Notes: a model not told the origin generated them from the letters alone. A DNA stretch of 64,000 nucleotides from Mycobacteriales bacterium (GCA_035536235.1 DATLOQ010000004.1:26922-90921), one strand, 5' to 3'. Counted from the first letter of the stretch, positions 10,069 through 19,937 are shown. Numbers and translations: made by a program.

Positions 10069-13000
10069 CGCCAGTGGCACCCGAGGCCTCCGGGCACTAC
10101 CTCAGAGCGCTTCTCGGCGTGCCTCTCACCGACGAGCAGGTCGCCGTAGCCACTCACCCGTTGGCCCCGCAGCTCGTCGTCGCCGGCGCCGGCTCGGGCA
10201 AGACGGCGGTGATGGCGGCCCGAGTGGTGCACCTGGTGGCGCACCACGGCATCGAGCCGTCGCGGATCCTCGGTCTCACCTTCACCAACAAGGCAGCCAA
10301 TGAGCTGTCGGAGCGCGTACGCCGATCGCTGCGCGCGGTGAGCACAGCCGGGAGCACAGCCGGGAGCACGGTCGATGATGACCTGCCGACGGTGTCGACG
10401 TACCACGCCTACGCCGGCACTGTCGTCCGCGACCACGCCCTGCGGATCGGGCGGGAGCCGGCGCTGCAGCTGCTCACCGAGGCGACGCAGTGGCAGCTTG
10501 CGGTGCGCGCGGTGCGGCGCGCGAAGGGACCCTTCGACCACTTGACGTGGACCCCGTCCACGGTGGCACAGCGCGTCCTCTCACTCGACAGCGAGCTCGC
10601 TGAACATTTCGTCCCCGTGGCGCAGGTGCGGGAGTACGACGCGCGGTTGATCGCTGACGTAGCCGCCGCCGTCAAGCCGGTCGCCGCCGTCACCGAATGC
10701 GCCCAGGCGGCCAGGGAGCGGGAGGAGCTGCTCACCCTCGTCGAGGCCTACCGCGCCCTGAAGGTCGAGCTCGACCTCGTCGACTTCGGGGACCAGGTCG
10801 CGCTGGCGGCCGAGATCGCCGCCGCCGCCGAGGTCGCCGCGATCGAACGGGAGCGCTTCGCGGTCGTCGTGCTCGACGAGTACCAGGACACCGGCGTGGC
10901 GCAGCGGCTGATGCTGCAGCGCCTCTTCGGCCAGGACCACCCGGTCACGGCCGTGGGGGACCCCAACCAGGCGATCTACGGGTGGCGCGGCGCGTCGGTG
11001 GGCAACCTGCTCAACTTCTTCGACCACTTCTCCGCCGGCGGAGGAGCGCAGGCACTCATGACGTCCTTCCGCTGCGGCGGTCGCATTCTGGATCTGGCCA
11101 ACGCCGCTGCGGCGCCGCTCCGGGCCTCCGCGCAGGCGCGCGGGCGGTCGTGGCTCGACGTACGGCCGCTGTCGAGTACGCCGGATCGCACCACCGCCGG
11201 CGAGGTGGTCGTCGCTGCGCATGCTGACGCGATGGCCGAGGCGCGCTGGGTGACCGAGCAGGTGCAGCTGGCGCACGGCGCGGGCACGCCGTGGGGAGAG
11301 ATCGCATTGCTGTGCCGGCGTCGTAGCGACTTCGCGCTGCTGCATCGCACCATGGTGGATGCCGATGTGCCGGCCGAGGTCGTGGGCCTCGGCGGCCTGC
11401 TGCAGATGCCCGAGGTCGCCGACGTCGTGGCGATCCTGCGGGTGCTGGCTGACCCGGTAGCCAACCCCTCCGTCGTCCGGCTGCTCACCGGGCCGCGCTG
11501 GCGGATTGGCCCTCGTGACCTGGCCGCGCTCGGTCACCGGGCGCACCGGCTGACCCTGGTGGAGGCGCACGACGACGACGCCGTCGAGCAGGCAGCCGAG
11601 CGACCGTCGTCGAACCCGCTGGTTCGCGCAACGCAGTCGGTCGATCCCGTCGACGTCGTCTCGCTGATGGACGCCGTCGAGAGCCCGGGCCCGCCCGTGC
11701 TCTACTCGCCCGAGGCGCGCGAGCGGTTGGAGGGATTCCGGGACGAGATCCGCGGGCTGCGGCACCTGGTGAGTCAGCCGATCGTCGAAGTCGTCGCGAC
11801 AGTGCTGCGTCGTACCGGGCTGGCAGTGGAGATCGAGAGCGACAGCGCCGCTCTGGCTGCGGCGAGGGCGGCCAACCTGGCGACATTCCTCGACCACGCT
11901 GCGCATTTCACCGGGCTCGACGGGGAGAGCGACCTGCGGTCGTTCCTGAGCTACCTCGACGCCGCAGCGGACGAGGAAGACGGCCTCGACGTCGGCGGGG
12001 TGTCCTCGGCAGACACGGTCAAGCTGATGACGGTGCACAAGGCCAAGGGCCTCGAGTGGGACGTGGTGGTGCTGCCGGGCATGTCGGTCGGCGTGTTCCC
12101 TTCGGCAAAGGGCCGGTCTCGGTGGACCAAGGCGGCGCATGTGCTGCCCTACTCGCTGCGTGGCGACGCCGCCGACCTGCCCGGTGACCCCGCACTGACG
12201 AGTGCCGGCCTCAAGGCATTCGCTGGTGACTGCCGCACCGATGACACGGACGAGGAGCGTCGGCTCCTCTACGTCGCCATCACCCGGGCCCGCCATCGGC
12301 TCGTGGCCAGTGGGTCGTGGTGGAGTGGCACCCGCGCCACGCCGCAGGGCCCATCGGACTTCCTCTCCGAGCTCCACGCGCATCGTTATGCGCAGGCCGA
12401 TGTCTGGCTCACTGAGGAGGACGCCCCGCCGGAGAATCCCCTGCTCGCGTCAGCGCGTGAGGATGTGGCCTGGCCGCGGCCGTACGACGTGGAGGTGGTC
12501 GCCCGGCGGCGCGCTGCCGCGGCCGCGGTGACTGCCGCTCGCGGGGTGTCGGCCCATGATCCTGAGCAGCCACGAGTGCCAGAAGGCCGTGAGGATGCTC
12601 AGAATCACGGGAGAGCCGCGGGCGGCGGGGCGGGGCCGGCCGCCGCCGAGCGCTGGACCGAGGAGTCGGCCATGCTGCTGGCCGAGCTGCGCAGCCAGCG
12701 CGCGCTCGACCGCGTCGTACCGCTGCCGCGAAGACTGACGGCCTCGCAGGTCGTCGCGTTGGGGCACGACCCCAGCGAGCTTGCCCGGATGCTGGCCCGG
12801 CCGATGCCGGCCGCCCCGGTGCGCCAGGCCCGACGGGGCACCCGGTTCCACGCCTGGGTCGAGGCGCTCTTCGGTGACCGGGCGTTGCTCGAGCCCGATG
12901 ACCTGCCCGGCGCCGGTGATGAAGACCTGGTCGACGACGAGCTCGCGGCGCTGCAAGGGCAGTTCTTGGCGAGCGAGTGGGGCAGCCGTCGTCCCCATGC

Positions 13001-13325
13001 GGTTGAGGCGCCGTTCGAGCTCGTCCTCGGCGGGCGGCTGGTCCGCGGCCGCATCGACGCGGTCTATCGCACCGACGCCGGCTTCGACGTCATCGACTAC
13101 AAGACCGGCGCCGTGCCGGCCGACTTCTCCGCAGCCGCCTTGCAGCTCTCCGTCTACCGCCTGGCGTGGGCTGGTCTGGCCGGTGTCGATCCCGCCACCG
13201 TGACGGCGGGCTTCTTGTACGTGCGGCTGGGTGAGCTCCGTCGTCCTGACGAGCTGCTCAGCGCCGAGCAGCTCGGCGCACTGCTCGGCAGCGTCCCCCC
13301 GGCCGGTCAGGTGTCGCTGTTCTGA
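10059..13325 (+). CDS. adnB: UvrD-like helicase / RecB-family nuclease, AdnB-like subunit
   Basis: Walker A GAGSGKTAV, DEYQDT, VHKAKGLEWD, C-terminal nuclease motif VIDYKTG. The start overlaps the adnA stop; the second ATG at 10065 gives an ATGA overlap. Confidence 0.75.
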   Translation: MGMTPVAPEASGHYLRALLGVPLTDEQVAVATHPLAPQLVVAGAGSGKTAVMAARVVHLVAHHGIEPSRILGLTFTNKAANELSERVRRSLRAVSTAGSTAGSTVDDDLPTVSTYHAYAGTVVRDHALRIGREPALQLLTEATQWQLAVRAVRRAKGPFDHLTWTPSTVAQRVLSLDSELAEHFVPVAQVREYDARLIADVAAAVKPVAAVTECAQAAREREELLTLVEAYRALKVELDLVDFGDQVALAAEIAAAAEVAAIERERFAVVVLDEYQDTGVAQRLMLQRLFGQDHPVTAVGDPNQAIYGWRGASVGNLLNFFDHFSAGGGAQALMTSFRCGGRILDLANAAAAPLRASAQARGRSWLDVRPLSSTPDRTTAGEVVVAAHADAMAEARWVTEQVQLAHGAGTPWGEIALLCRRRSDFALLHRTMVDADVPAEVVGLGGLLQMPEVADVVAILRVLADPVANPSVVRLLTGPRWRIGPRDLAALGHRAHRLTLVEAHDDDAVEQAAERPSSNPLVRATQSVDPVDVVSLMDAVESPGPPVLYSPEARERLEGFRDEIRGLRHLVSQPIVEVVATVLRRTGLAVEIESDSAALAAARAANLATFLDHAAHFTGLDGESDLRSFLSYLDAAADEEDGLDVGGVSSADTVKLMTVHKAKGLEWDVVVLPGMSVGVFPSAKGRSRWTKAAHVLPYSLRGDAADLPGDPALTSAGLKAFAGDCRTDDTDEERRLLYVAITRARHRLVASGSWWSGTRATPQGPSDFLSELHAHRYAQADVWLTEEDAPPENPLLASAREDVAWPRPYDVEVVARRRAAAAAVTAARGVSAHDPEQPRVPEGREDAQNHGRAAGGGAGPAAAERWTEESAMLLAELRSQRALDRVVPLPRRLTASQVVALGHDPSELARMLARPMPAAPVRQARRGTRFHAWVEALFGDRALLEPDDLPGAGDEDLVDDELAALQGQFLASEWGSRRPHAVEAPFELVLGGRLVRGRIDAVYRTDAGFDVIDYKTGAVPADFSAAALQLSVYRLAWAGLAGVDPATVTAGFLYVRLGELRRPDELLSAEQLGALLGSVPPAGQVSLF

Positions 13326-13346
13326 CAGAAGCTGAGCCTCGCTGTC

Positions 13347-14255
13347 CTAGCGACTGCTGGTGAAGATGTCACCGGACCGGCCGAAGTACAGCCGTGTCCC
13401 GTGCCAGGACAGCGACGGACGAGTCTCGGGGCCTGGGCTGTTGACCGCCGGGCCGAGGTTCACCGGTGCCGACCAGGTGTCGAAGACCGAGCTGCGGGTG
13501 GACGACCAGATGTCGAAGGCGCCCCGTCCGCCCGATCGAGTCGAGGCGAACACGACCTCCAGCCCGTCCTTTCGCACGTTGGGCATCACGTCGTCGGTGG
13601 AGGAGTTGAGTGCTGCCACGGGCTCACCGGGCCCGAAGCTGCCGTCAGCGAGTCGGCGGCTCACGTAGATGTCCTGGGTGGAGGCGCCGAGCGGTCCCCC
13701 GGTCGAGTAGAAGAGCTGCGTGCCGGCGTCGGTATCGACAAGGGACGGCCCGAACTCCGTGCCGGGTCCGTTAGGACCGCCGTTCGACTGGCACCCGAGG
13801 TTGCGTGGCGCCGCCCAATCGCCGGTGGCCGGGCTCCGCCGCGTGAGGTAGATGTCACCGCCACCGCAGGCAGCCGTGCCGTACGCGTCGGTGCCGCTCC
13901 GGTTGGACACGAACAGCAGTCCGTGGCCGCGTAGCGGCGTAGGACAGAAGTCGTTGGCGTCGGTGTTGACCGGCGCGGGCAACATCTGGGGAGCAGCGAA
14001 CTGCCCGTCGTCACCGCGAGCCGCCACCCAGATGTCTTGATCCCCGCCGGGGCCGCGCGTCGACATGAGATAGAGGCTCTGCCCATCGGGTGACTCGATC
14101 GGGCACCCGTCAGCCGCCGAGCTGTTCACACCTGTCACCGCGGTGGCCACCGTCCAGTCGCCGTACTGCTTGGCGTCCGCCCCGGTCGTCGCGCCGATCG
14201 ACGCCAGTACGCCGATCGCCACACAGCTGACAGCTCGCCGCATGCCTCGTCGCAT
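13347..14255 (-). CDS. Secreted TolB-like PD40 beta-propeller repeat protein
   Basis: Signal peptide (RRAVSCVAIGVLASIGATTGADA). Repeated SPDGQ..Y..S.R.GG.DI(W/Y)V modules characteristic of PD40 repeats. Confidence 0.7.
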   Translation of the reverse strand: MRRGMRRAVSCVAIGVLASIGATTGADAKQYGDWTVATAVTGVNSSAADGCPIESPDGQSLYLMSTRGPGGDQDIWVAARGDDGQFAAPQMLPAPVNTDANDFCPTPLRGHGLLFVSNRSGTDAYGTAACGGGDIYLTRRSPATGDWAAPRNLGCQSNGGPNGPGTEFGPSLVDTDAGTQLFYSTGGPLGASTQDIYVSRRLADGSFGPGEPVAALNSSTDDVMPNVRKDGLEVVFASTRSGGRGAFDIWSSTRSSVFDTWSAPVNLGPAVNSPGPETRPSLSWHGTRLYFGRSGDIFTSSR

Positions 14256-14333
14256 GACAGCCCCCCAAGTCTCGTCGTCGTGAGCCCGCTCATGCGGGCT
14301 ACCGAACATCGACGGCGTCGATGTCCTCTTGCC

Positions 14334-15332
14334 TCAGCTGCCCGTGTTGGGAGCCAGGATCCACACAGCGGGTGTCCATGCGCCGCCGCAGGTGTTCTGC
14401 TTCACCGTGCCGCGAAATGCTCGGGTGCCAGGCTTGTTCCACTCCACAGTGCCCAGGACGTACCGGTCACCCACGCTGCACCGGTTAGAACGAGCTGAGC
14501 TGGTCAGCGTGAGGTCCGCGCCGCTCACTGACCACTGGCCGGTGTCGATCGGGTCAGCCGATTCATCCGCGATGAAGTAGGTGCCGTCGCGATCCATCTC
14601 GAGCACATGCCCGCCGCCTTCGGCCAGCCAGAGGCCGAGAAGGGTGGTCTTGTCAGACAGCGGCTGCCAGCCTGTGTCCTTCGAGAAAACCAGCTCCGCC
14701 ATGCCCCTGGAGGTCGGCAGCAGCCTGTTGAGGCCGCCTCGTTGGGACGGGAGCGGCGAGCATGCGCCGGGGATCGTGTCGGATTGGATGAACTGCAGCT
14801 CACCTGGTTCCGACAGCGAGACGCGCATCGCAGTCTCCGTGCCGACGCATCCGGTCTGCTTGTCGCCAGTAGTCGTCACGGTGATCAGGTCACCGTCTAT
14901 CGCGTAGGTGCCGGTCGTAACAGGATCAGAGAACAGCGTTCCATGTTCGTCGAACCGCACGTCGCCCTTCGCGTCGAACTTCACCGTGGTCTCGCCGTTG
15001 TCCAGGCGCCAGATTCCGCTGATGAGCGCAATGGTCGGGGCGCTGCCGCTAGGTGGAGCCGCGACGGCGTTGCTAGGGCTCGCTCCCGGGCCGGCGAGCC
15101 GCGTCGTGTCGGGATCATCGCCCAGTGCCAGGGAGGCGGTGATGCCCACCGCACCGAGAACCACGGCCGCCGCGGCCGCCGCCGCAACGGCGCGACGGCG
15201 ATCGCGACGGCTCGCGCTGTCGATGCGCTGATGGAGCTCGGTACGCGCCTCGTACAGGTGTGATTCGGTCACGACTACCCCTCCCCTTACTGCCGCGACG
15301 TCCCGTGCGAGCCGCTCTTCGATGCTGCTCAT
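14334..15332 (-). CDS. Membrane-anchored anti-sigma-like protein (single TM, extracytoplasmic domain)
   Basis: The ATG at 15332 forms an ATGA overlap with the stop of the upstream ECF sigma gene. A short cytoplasmic N-terminus is followed by a TM segment (AVAAAAAAAVVLGAVGITASLAL). The long N-terminal extension in the ORF track was rejected. Confidence 0.55.
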   Translation of the reverse strand: MSSIEERLARDVAAVRGGVVVTESHLYEARTELHQRIDSASRRDRRRAVAAAAAAAVVLGAVGITASLALGDDPDTTRLAGPGASPSNAVAAPPSGSAPTIALISGIWRLDNGETTVKFDAKGDVRFDEHGTLFSDPVTTGTYAIDGDLITVTTTGDKQTGCVGTETAMRVSLSEPGELQFIQSDTIPGACSPLPSQRGGLNRLLPTSRGMAELVFSKDTGWQPLSDKTTLLGLWLAEGGGHVLEMDRDGTYFIADESADPIDTGQWSVSGADLTLTSSARSNRCSVGDRYVLGTVEWNKPGTRAFRGTVKQNTCGGAWTPAVWILAPNTGS

Positions 15333-15904
15333 CGGGCCACCTCGATCCGCTGTTGTAGGGCCCGCAACCCGCGAGAGGTGTGGGCCTTGACTGACCCCGT
15401 GCTGATCTGCAGCTGATCCGCTGTTTCCGCGACCGACAGCTCGAGGACGAACCGGCACGCGAGGACCTCGCGCTGGCGTCGGGCTAGCGTCCGCATGGCC
15501 GCCACGAGTGATCCGACCTGGTCGCGGCCGACCGTCGTGTCCTCGGCGCTCTCGTGGTGCTCGCGAACCAACATGAGCGGTCGGACGGCTCGTTGAGTGG
15601 CCTGTCGCCGCACCCAAGACCGGCTGCGGTTGAGCACAGCACTGCGCAGGTAGGCCTCCGCCGCGGCTGGGTCGCGCAGCGACCGCCAGTTTCGATGGAG
15701 AGCAACGAAGGCCTCTTGGACCGCGTCCTCTGCAGCCTCGCGGTTACCCAGTACGACGACAGCGAGCTGAAGGAGCGGGGTGTAGTGCCGGCGGAAGAGC
15801 GTTTCGAGGAGCTCGGGGCGTGTGGGCGATGTCGCGGCACCGCGTCTGTCGACGACCCGTCGTTCCTGCATCGACAGGATCTCCTCCGCCGCGGCGTGCG
15901 TCAT
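15329..15904 (-). CDS. ECF (sigma-70 family group 4) RNA polymerase sigma factor
   Basis: Region 2 (AEDAVQEAFVALHRNW, YLRSAVLN) and region 4 HTH (LSVAETADQLQISTGSVKAHTSRGLRAL). Start ATG 15904 chosen. Confidence 0.85.
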   Translation of the reverse strand: MTHAAAEEILSMQERRVVDRRGAATSPTRPELLETLFRRHYTPLLQLAVVVLGNREAAEDAVQEAFVALHRNWRSLRDPAAAEAYLRSAVLNRSRSWVRRQATQRAVRPLMLVREHHESAEDTTVGRDQVGSLVAAMRTLARRQREVLACRFVLELSVAETADQLQISTGSVKAHTSRGLRALQQRIEVAR

Positions 15905-16040
15905 GCCCAAGAGTCGCGCGACCCCCCGCTCAGGTTGACACGGCCCCGCCGCGATTTTCCGGACGTCTCCGCCCGTCCTCCGTCGGCGTGCTAGCGCGGC
16001 TCGAGCGCGCCGGTGACGTGCCCTGCCTCCGAGAGTGACA

Positions 16041-16820
16041 TCACGGCTCGTCGATGTCGACGGCGAGCGCGCAGTGGTCGGACATCGCAAGCGCGAGTGA
16101 CTGCACGCCGGTTACCGGCGGCAGGTCGCCGTCGGCGAGGATCCAGTCGAACTGCACGGACGGGTTGTGCGTCGGATAGGTCTTCGCGTCAGCCAGCGAC
16201 CGCCACCCTGAGACGAGCTTCGGGAACCCGCCGAACATGTTGAGATCTCCCGCGAGGATGTACGGCGGAGGCAGCAGCCGGCGCATCTCCCGGACGACGG
16301 TGCGCAGCTGCCGGGCGTTGACGACGGGCACGAAGGACAGGTGGGTGGTGGCGATCGTCATCTGACCTAGCGGCGACTCGACCACCGCGCACAGCGCCAC
16401 TCGCGGCTCGTCCTGCATCCAGATGACCCTCTTGGTACCCGGAATCATGATCGGCGACTTGAGCTTGGCGGCCGGGAGCCGGATCACCTCCCAGCGCGTC
16501 ACCGGCCACCGGGAGACCAGGCCGACGCCGTAGCCCGCCTCGCCGGTGCCGAGCAGGTAGTCGCCCTCTACGGCTGCGCGCCAGGTGAAGCCGGGCGTGC
16601 CGATGAGCGCCGGCTCGAAGCGCCAGTGCTCGGCGCCGTTCGCCTCGGCGATCTCCTTGGTCAGGTCGAATCCGTCGGAGCGGGTCTGGTCGCGGTCGAC
16701 CTCCTGCAGGCCGAGCACGTCGGCGTCGATGCTGGCGCAGGCCGAGCGCAGGCGCTCGAGGTCGACGAGACCGTCGGATAGCGAGCGGCCGTGGAGAAGG
16801 TTGAACGTCGCGATGCGCAC
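16041..16820 (-). CDS. Endonuclease/exonuclease/phosphatase (EEP) family protein
   Basis: MRIATFNLLHG..., DADVLGLQEVD, and C-terminal SDHCAL are canonical EEP catalytic motifs. Confidence 0.8.
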   Translation of the reverse strand: MRIATFNLLHGRSLSDGLVDLERLRSACASIDADVLGLQEVDRDQTRSDGFDLTKEIAEANGAEHWRFEPALIGTPGFTWRAAVEGDYLLGTGEAGYGVGLVSRWPVTRWEVIRLPAAKLKSPIMIPGTKRVIWMQDEPRVALCAVVESPLGQMTIATTHLSFVPVVNARQLRTVVREMRRLLPPPYILAGDLNMFGGFPKLVSGWRSLADAKTYPTHNPSVQFDWILADGDLPPVTGVQSLALAMSDHCALAVDIDEP

Positions 16821-16855
16821 GACTGCTCAGGCTAGTACCCCGCCGCCCATGGTTC

Positions 16856-17626
16856 TCATCCGACGATGATGCGTACTTCGAAGAGCGTGCTCGGCGCGCC
16901 GCACGGCGGCTCCGCGTCCCGGCACTTCGGGTCGCCGCTCGAGCGGACCACCGTCGTACCCGAGGAGACCGGCTCGATCTCCCACTCGCTGAAGCCAGGG
17001 TCACGGACGAACTGCCGCTGGTTCAGACGGATGGATGCGCCTTCGAGCGTCGGCTGGCTCCAGTTGTAGAAGCTCCCGCCGAGCCGCAGGACAGCGTCCG
17101 ACGTCGCGCGGCTGATCTCGAACGTCTTGCCGTTGTCTTCCTCGGTAATGAGCAGCGGCGCCTGCGCCTTCCTCGGCGACGGGGTCGGCGCGGTCGTTGA
17201 GGTGGCCCGGGGCGCGGGCGAGCGGCTGGGGTCTGGCGGCCTAGGGCTGGACGACTGGGCGCTGGCCGGGCTGGCGCTAGCGGGTGGCGGCGTTGGGGGT
17301 TGCCGCGCCGAGGCCGGTGATGAAGACGTCGTACGTGGCGCAGTGGTGGCAGCGGGTGCCGTGCCGTCGGTCGGTGAGACCGTGAAAGCGGCGGAGCCCG
17401 CCGGGGCCGGGCGGCTCGTCGGGAAGATGCTGGCCGCGATCTCCGGGTGGTCGCGGAAGAACTCCTGGCAGCGCCGGGCGTCCTCGCCGTCGGGGCCGGG
17501 ATACTCCGTCCAGCCCGCTCGGCACTCCTCGGGCACCTGCGCGGCCAGCGACTGGGTGGAGTCTCCGTCGCCACAGCCGACGACGAGGGCGAGTCCGATC
17601 ACTACCACGAGCAGGCCGTGCTTCAT
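16856..17626 (-). CDS. Lipoprotein with Pro/Ser/Thr-rich linker and C-terminal globular domain
   Basis: MKHGLLVVVIGLALVVGC lipobox at ATG 17626, a long PST linker, and a conserved-looking C-terminal domain. The upstream 138 codons of the ORF track look non-coding. Confidence 0.6.
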   Translation of the reverse strand: MKHGLLVVVIGLALVVGCGDGDSTQSLAAQVPEECRAGWTEYPGPDGEDARRCQEFFRDHPEIAASIFPTSRPAPAGSAAFTVSPTDGTAPAATTAPRTTSSSPASARQPPTPPPASASPASAQSSSPRPPDPSRSPAPRATSTTAPTPSPRKAQAPLLITEEDNGKTFEISRATSDAVLRLGGSFYNWSQPTLEGASIRLNQRQFVRDPGFSEWEIEPVSSGTTVVRSSGDPKCRDAEPPCGAPSTLFEVRIIVG

Positions 17627-17790
17627 GGAATCCACGCTAGTACGACGTATCCGGGGGCGCTGCGGATCCGTCGACCGCGCAAGCCGGGCAACTTCGGTGA
17701 GCTCGTCCGCAACGCCGAGCAACAACACACCATTGATCGCCGGCCTGGACGCCGCCGCGCCGCTGCCGGGGGGCAGGCGGCGGCGGACTG

Positions 17791-19350
17791 TCAGGCCGAG
17801 TGCGGCTGAAGGGAGCCGAGGATCGCCAGCTGGTCCTCGCGAGTGGCATCTCCGGACACGGTGACCACGAGCGAGCTCCCCAGCGCCCAGACGTGCGGGG
17901 TGGTGCGGGGGCCGATGAGCAGCTGCGCCGGAGATCCGGCGAGCGCGCCAGTGGAGACGGTGAGCTCCTCGGGGTCGTCGAAGAAGCCTTCGCCGCTGGC
18001 TAGGGGGTCCGACCAGGAGCTGTCGCCGAGGCACTCCGTGCACTGCCCGGGTGCGCTGCCCGGCTCGCGCCCGTCCACGATCGGGCCGCGCAGCCGGGTC
18101 GTCACCAAGATCCGGTCGAGTCCCCGGTGGTAGGCCAGCGACACTGCTTCCCGAGTGCGCGGGTTGAGCCCCTCGTTGCCCGTGCCCCCGGCCTTGTCGA
18201 CCACGGAGATCTGGCGCAGCTCGAAGCCCTCCGGCAGCGCATCGCCGGACGGCACGAGCGGTGCGTAGCCGACCCGAGCTGGCACGCGGTCGAGGGAGTC
18301 GAGCCGCTTCCAGCCGGCGTCGAAGCGGCTGAGCTCTACGCCCGGCGGGAACTCGATCGTGAACTCTGACCGGGGGATCTCACCGCTGTTGGCGACGAGG
18401 TCGGTGAGCCGGAGCTCCCGGAAGAACTCGCCCGAAATGGTCTCGACCACCTGCACCGGATAGCCGGTCTCCTGGTCGACGGTGATCGCCAGGTGGTCTC
18501 CGCCGCCGCCGATCTTGTTGGGCTCGACGTCAGTGTCGAGCTGCCAGGCCTCCCGTCCGTCATACGTCGTCGCGGTGACGGTCAGCTCGGTGTCTGGCCG
18601 CCCCGAGTTTGGGGCGAGTAGTGCCCGGACGGTCGAGCCCAGCTCACGCTGCAGCACCCAGGTGGCCGGGCCCTCGTCGGGCGGACCAGGCGAGATGCCG
18701 CGGCGCTCCCCGCCGAAGTCGGGACCCGTGGGGTCGATGAAGTAGCTGCGCTCGACGCCGGTGCTGGCGTCGTACGCCAGCTCCTCCCGGCGGGTGATCC
18801 CGCTCTGCCGGAAGTCACCGTCGTCGGTGACCGCAAAGCGCGATCGCACCTCACCGTCGACGTCGCGGAAGACGAGAGTGCCGCGCAGGTTCTCCACCGA
18901 AGACAGAGCGGCCTGCACCTTCTGGGCGACCTCGACCGCCGTGGCGGGGAGCGCGACAACCGGGGGTGAGCCGCCAGGACCGGGCGAGAGCGAAGAAGGT
19001 CCGTCCAAGTTGACGCCGACGGCGACGCCGATCACCCCCGCTGCGGCCGCGAGGACGGCGATGCGCAGCGACTGCCGCCGCCACTGCCGGCGTCGCAGCG
19101 GTACGACTGCGCCGCCGACGGCAGGCGGGGCGAACGACTCGGCCGCCGGCACCTCGGGAGCGCGGGAGGGAAAGGCGGCCCCGGCAGCTGCCTCCAGGCT
19201 CGACTCAGCCTCGAGCTTGGTCTGGAGCGAGTCGAAGAACCCGGGTGCGTGCTCCGGCGCGGGCAGGTCGCGCAACGCGGCGCCCAGCGCGTGGTCGCGG
19301 GTGGGCAGGGCGTCGAAGGTCGAGGTGTCGAAGGTCGGGTCGTCGGTCAT
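17791..19350 (-). CDS. Membrane-anchored anti-sigma-like protein with large extracytoplasmic domain
   Basis: ATGA overlap with the upstream ECF sigma stop (19347-19350). Single TM (LRIAVLAAAAGVIGVAVGVNL) followed by a domain of about 400 aa. Confidence 0.55.
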   Translation of the reverse strand: MTDDPTFDTSTFDALPTRDHALGAALRDLPAPEHAPGFFDSLQTKLEAESSLEAAAGAAFPSRAPEVPAAESFAPPAVGGAVVPLRRRQWRRQSLRIAVLAAAAGVIGVAVGVNLDGPSSLSPGPGGSPPVVALPATAVEVAQKVQAALSSVENLRGTLVFRDVDGEVRSRFAVTDDGDFRQSGITRREELAYDASTGVERSYFIDPTGPDFGGERRGISPGPPDEGPATWVLQRELGSTVRALLAPNSGRPDTELTVTATTYDGREAWQLDTDVEPNKIGGGGDHLAITVDQETGYPVQVVETISGEFFRELRLTDLVANSGEIPRSEFTIEFPPGVELSRFDAGWKRLDSLDRVPARVGYAPLVPSGDALPEGFELRQISVVDKAGGTGNEGLNPRTREAVSLAYHRGLDRILVTTRLRGPIVDGREPGSAPGQCTECLGDSSWSDPLASGEGFFDDPEELTVSTGALAGSPAQLLIGPRTTPHVWALGSSLVVTVSGDATREDQLAILGSLQPHSA

Positions 19351-19937
19351 CGGAGGTCTCCAGTGGTGAGGGCGGCGCGGAGGGCGGCACGGCCGCGGCT
19401 GACCCGGGAGCCGACGGTGCCGGGAGCGACTCCGAGGACGTCGGCGGCGGCCGCGTAGTCCATGCCCTCCGCGTCGACGAGAAGCACAGCGATGCGCTGG
19501 TCGGCCGGCAGCGCGGCGAGCGCGGCAGCCAGATCGGTGCGGGAAGCGGCGACGTCGGCCGGGTCCGGCGCGGAAGAGGCAGCCTCAGCCGCGACCTCGA
19601 GCGGGTCCGCTGGGCGTCGAGCGCGAGCTCGCACCATGTCGAGGCAGACGTTGTAGGTGATGCGGTAGAGCCAGGTGCCGACGGCCGAGTCGCCGCGGAA
19701 GGCCTCCCGCGAGCGGAAGGCCTTGAGGTAGGCCTCCTGCAGAGCGTCGTCCATCAGGTGCACGTCGCCGAGCAGGCGCCAGGCGAGCGCGCGCAGCATC
19801 GGGTCGTGCTCGCGCACCATCTGCAGGAATTCGGTCGCGCCGCCGGGCGGAGCCTCGGTCGGCGGCGGTGCCACAGCACGGGTGGTCATCATGGCGGGTT
19901 CGACGGCGGCCAAGGCCGGATCCTTCCTCTCGGTCAT
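19347..19937 (-). CDS. ECF RNA polymerase sigma factor
   Basis: Region 2 (DDALQEAYLKAFRS, TWLYRITYNVCLD) and region 4 (MDYAAAADVLGVAPGTVGSRVSRGRAAL). ATG 19937 chosen; the rest of the 371-aa ORF is an out-of-context extension. Confidence 0.85.
   Translation of the reverse strand: MTERKDPALAAVEPAMMTTRAVAPPPTEAPPGGATEFLQMVREHDPMLRALAWRLLGDVHLMDDALQEAYLKAFRSREAFRGDSAVGTWLYRITYNVCLDMVRARARRPADPLEVAAEAASSAPDPADVAASRTDLAAALAALPADQRIAVLLVDAEGMDYAAAADVLGVAPGTVGSRVSRGRAALRAALTTGDLR

Noticed and set aside
15935-15960. Possible ECF-type promoter GGAAAA-N16-GTCAA upstream of the 15904 sigma gene (minus strand)
   Set aside because: It is only a loose resemblance to GGAAC-N16/17-CGT-type motifs. Without the group-specific consensus or a transcription start, it is too weak to annotate.
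16856-18043. Full-length 395-aa ORF, and similar N-terminal extensions (14334-15617, 19347-20462, 43399-46473, 31241-32440)
   Set aside because: In each case an internal start gives a canonical N-terminus: a lipobox, an ATGA/GTGA overlap with the upstream stop, an SD, or sigma region 2. The extension overlaps a neighbouring real gene or has non-coding-like composition.
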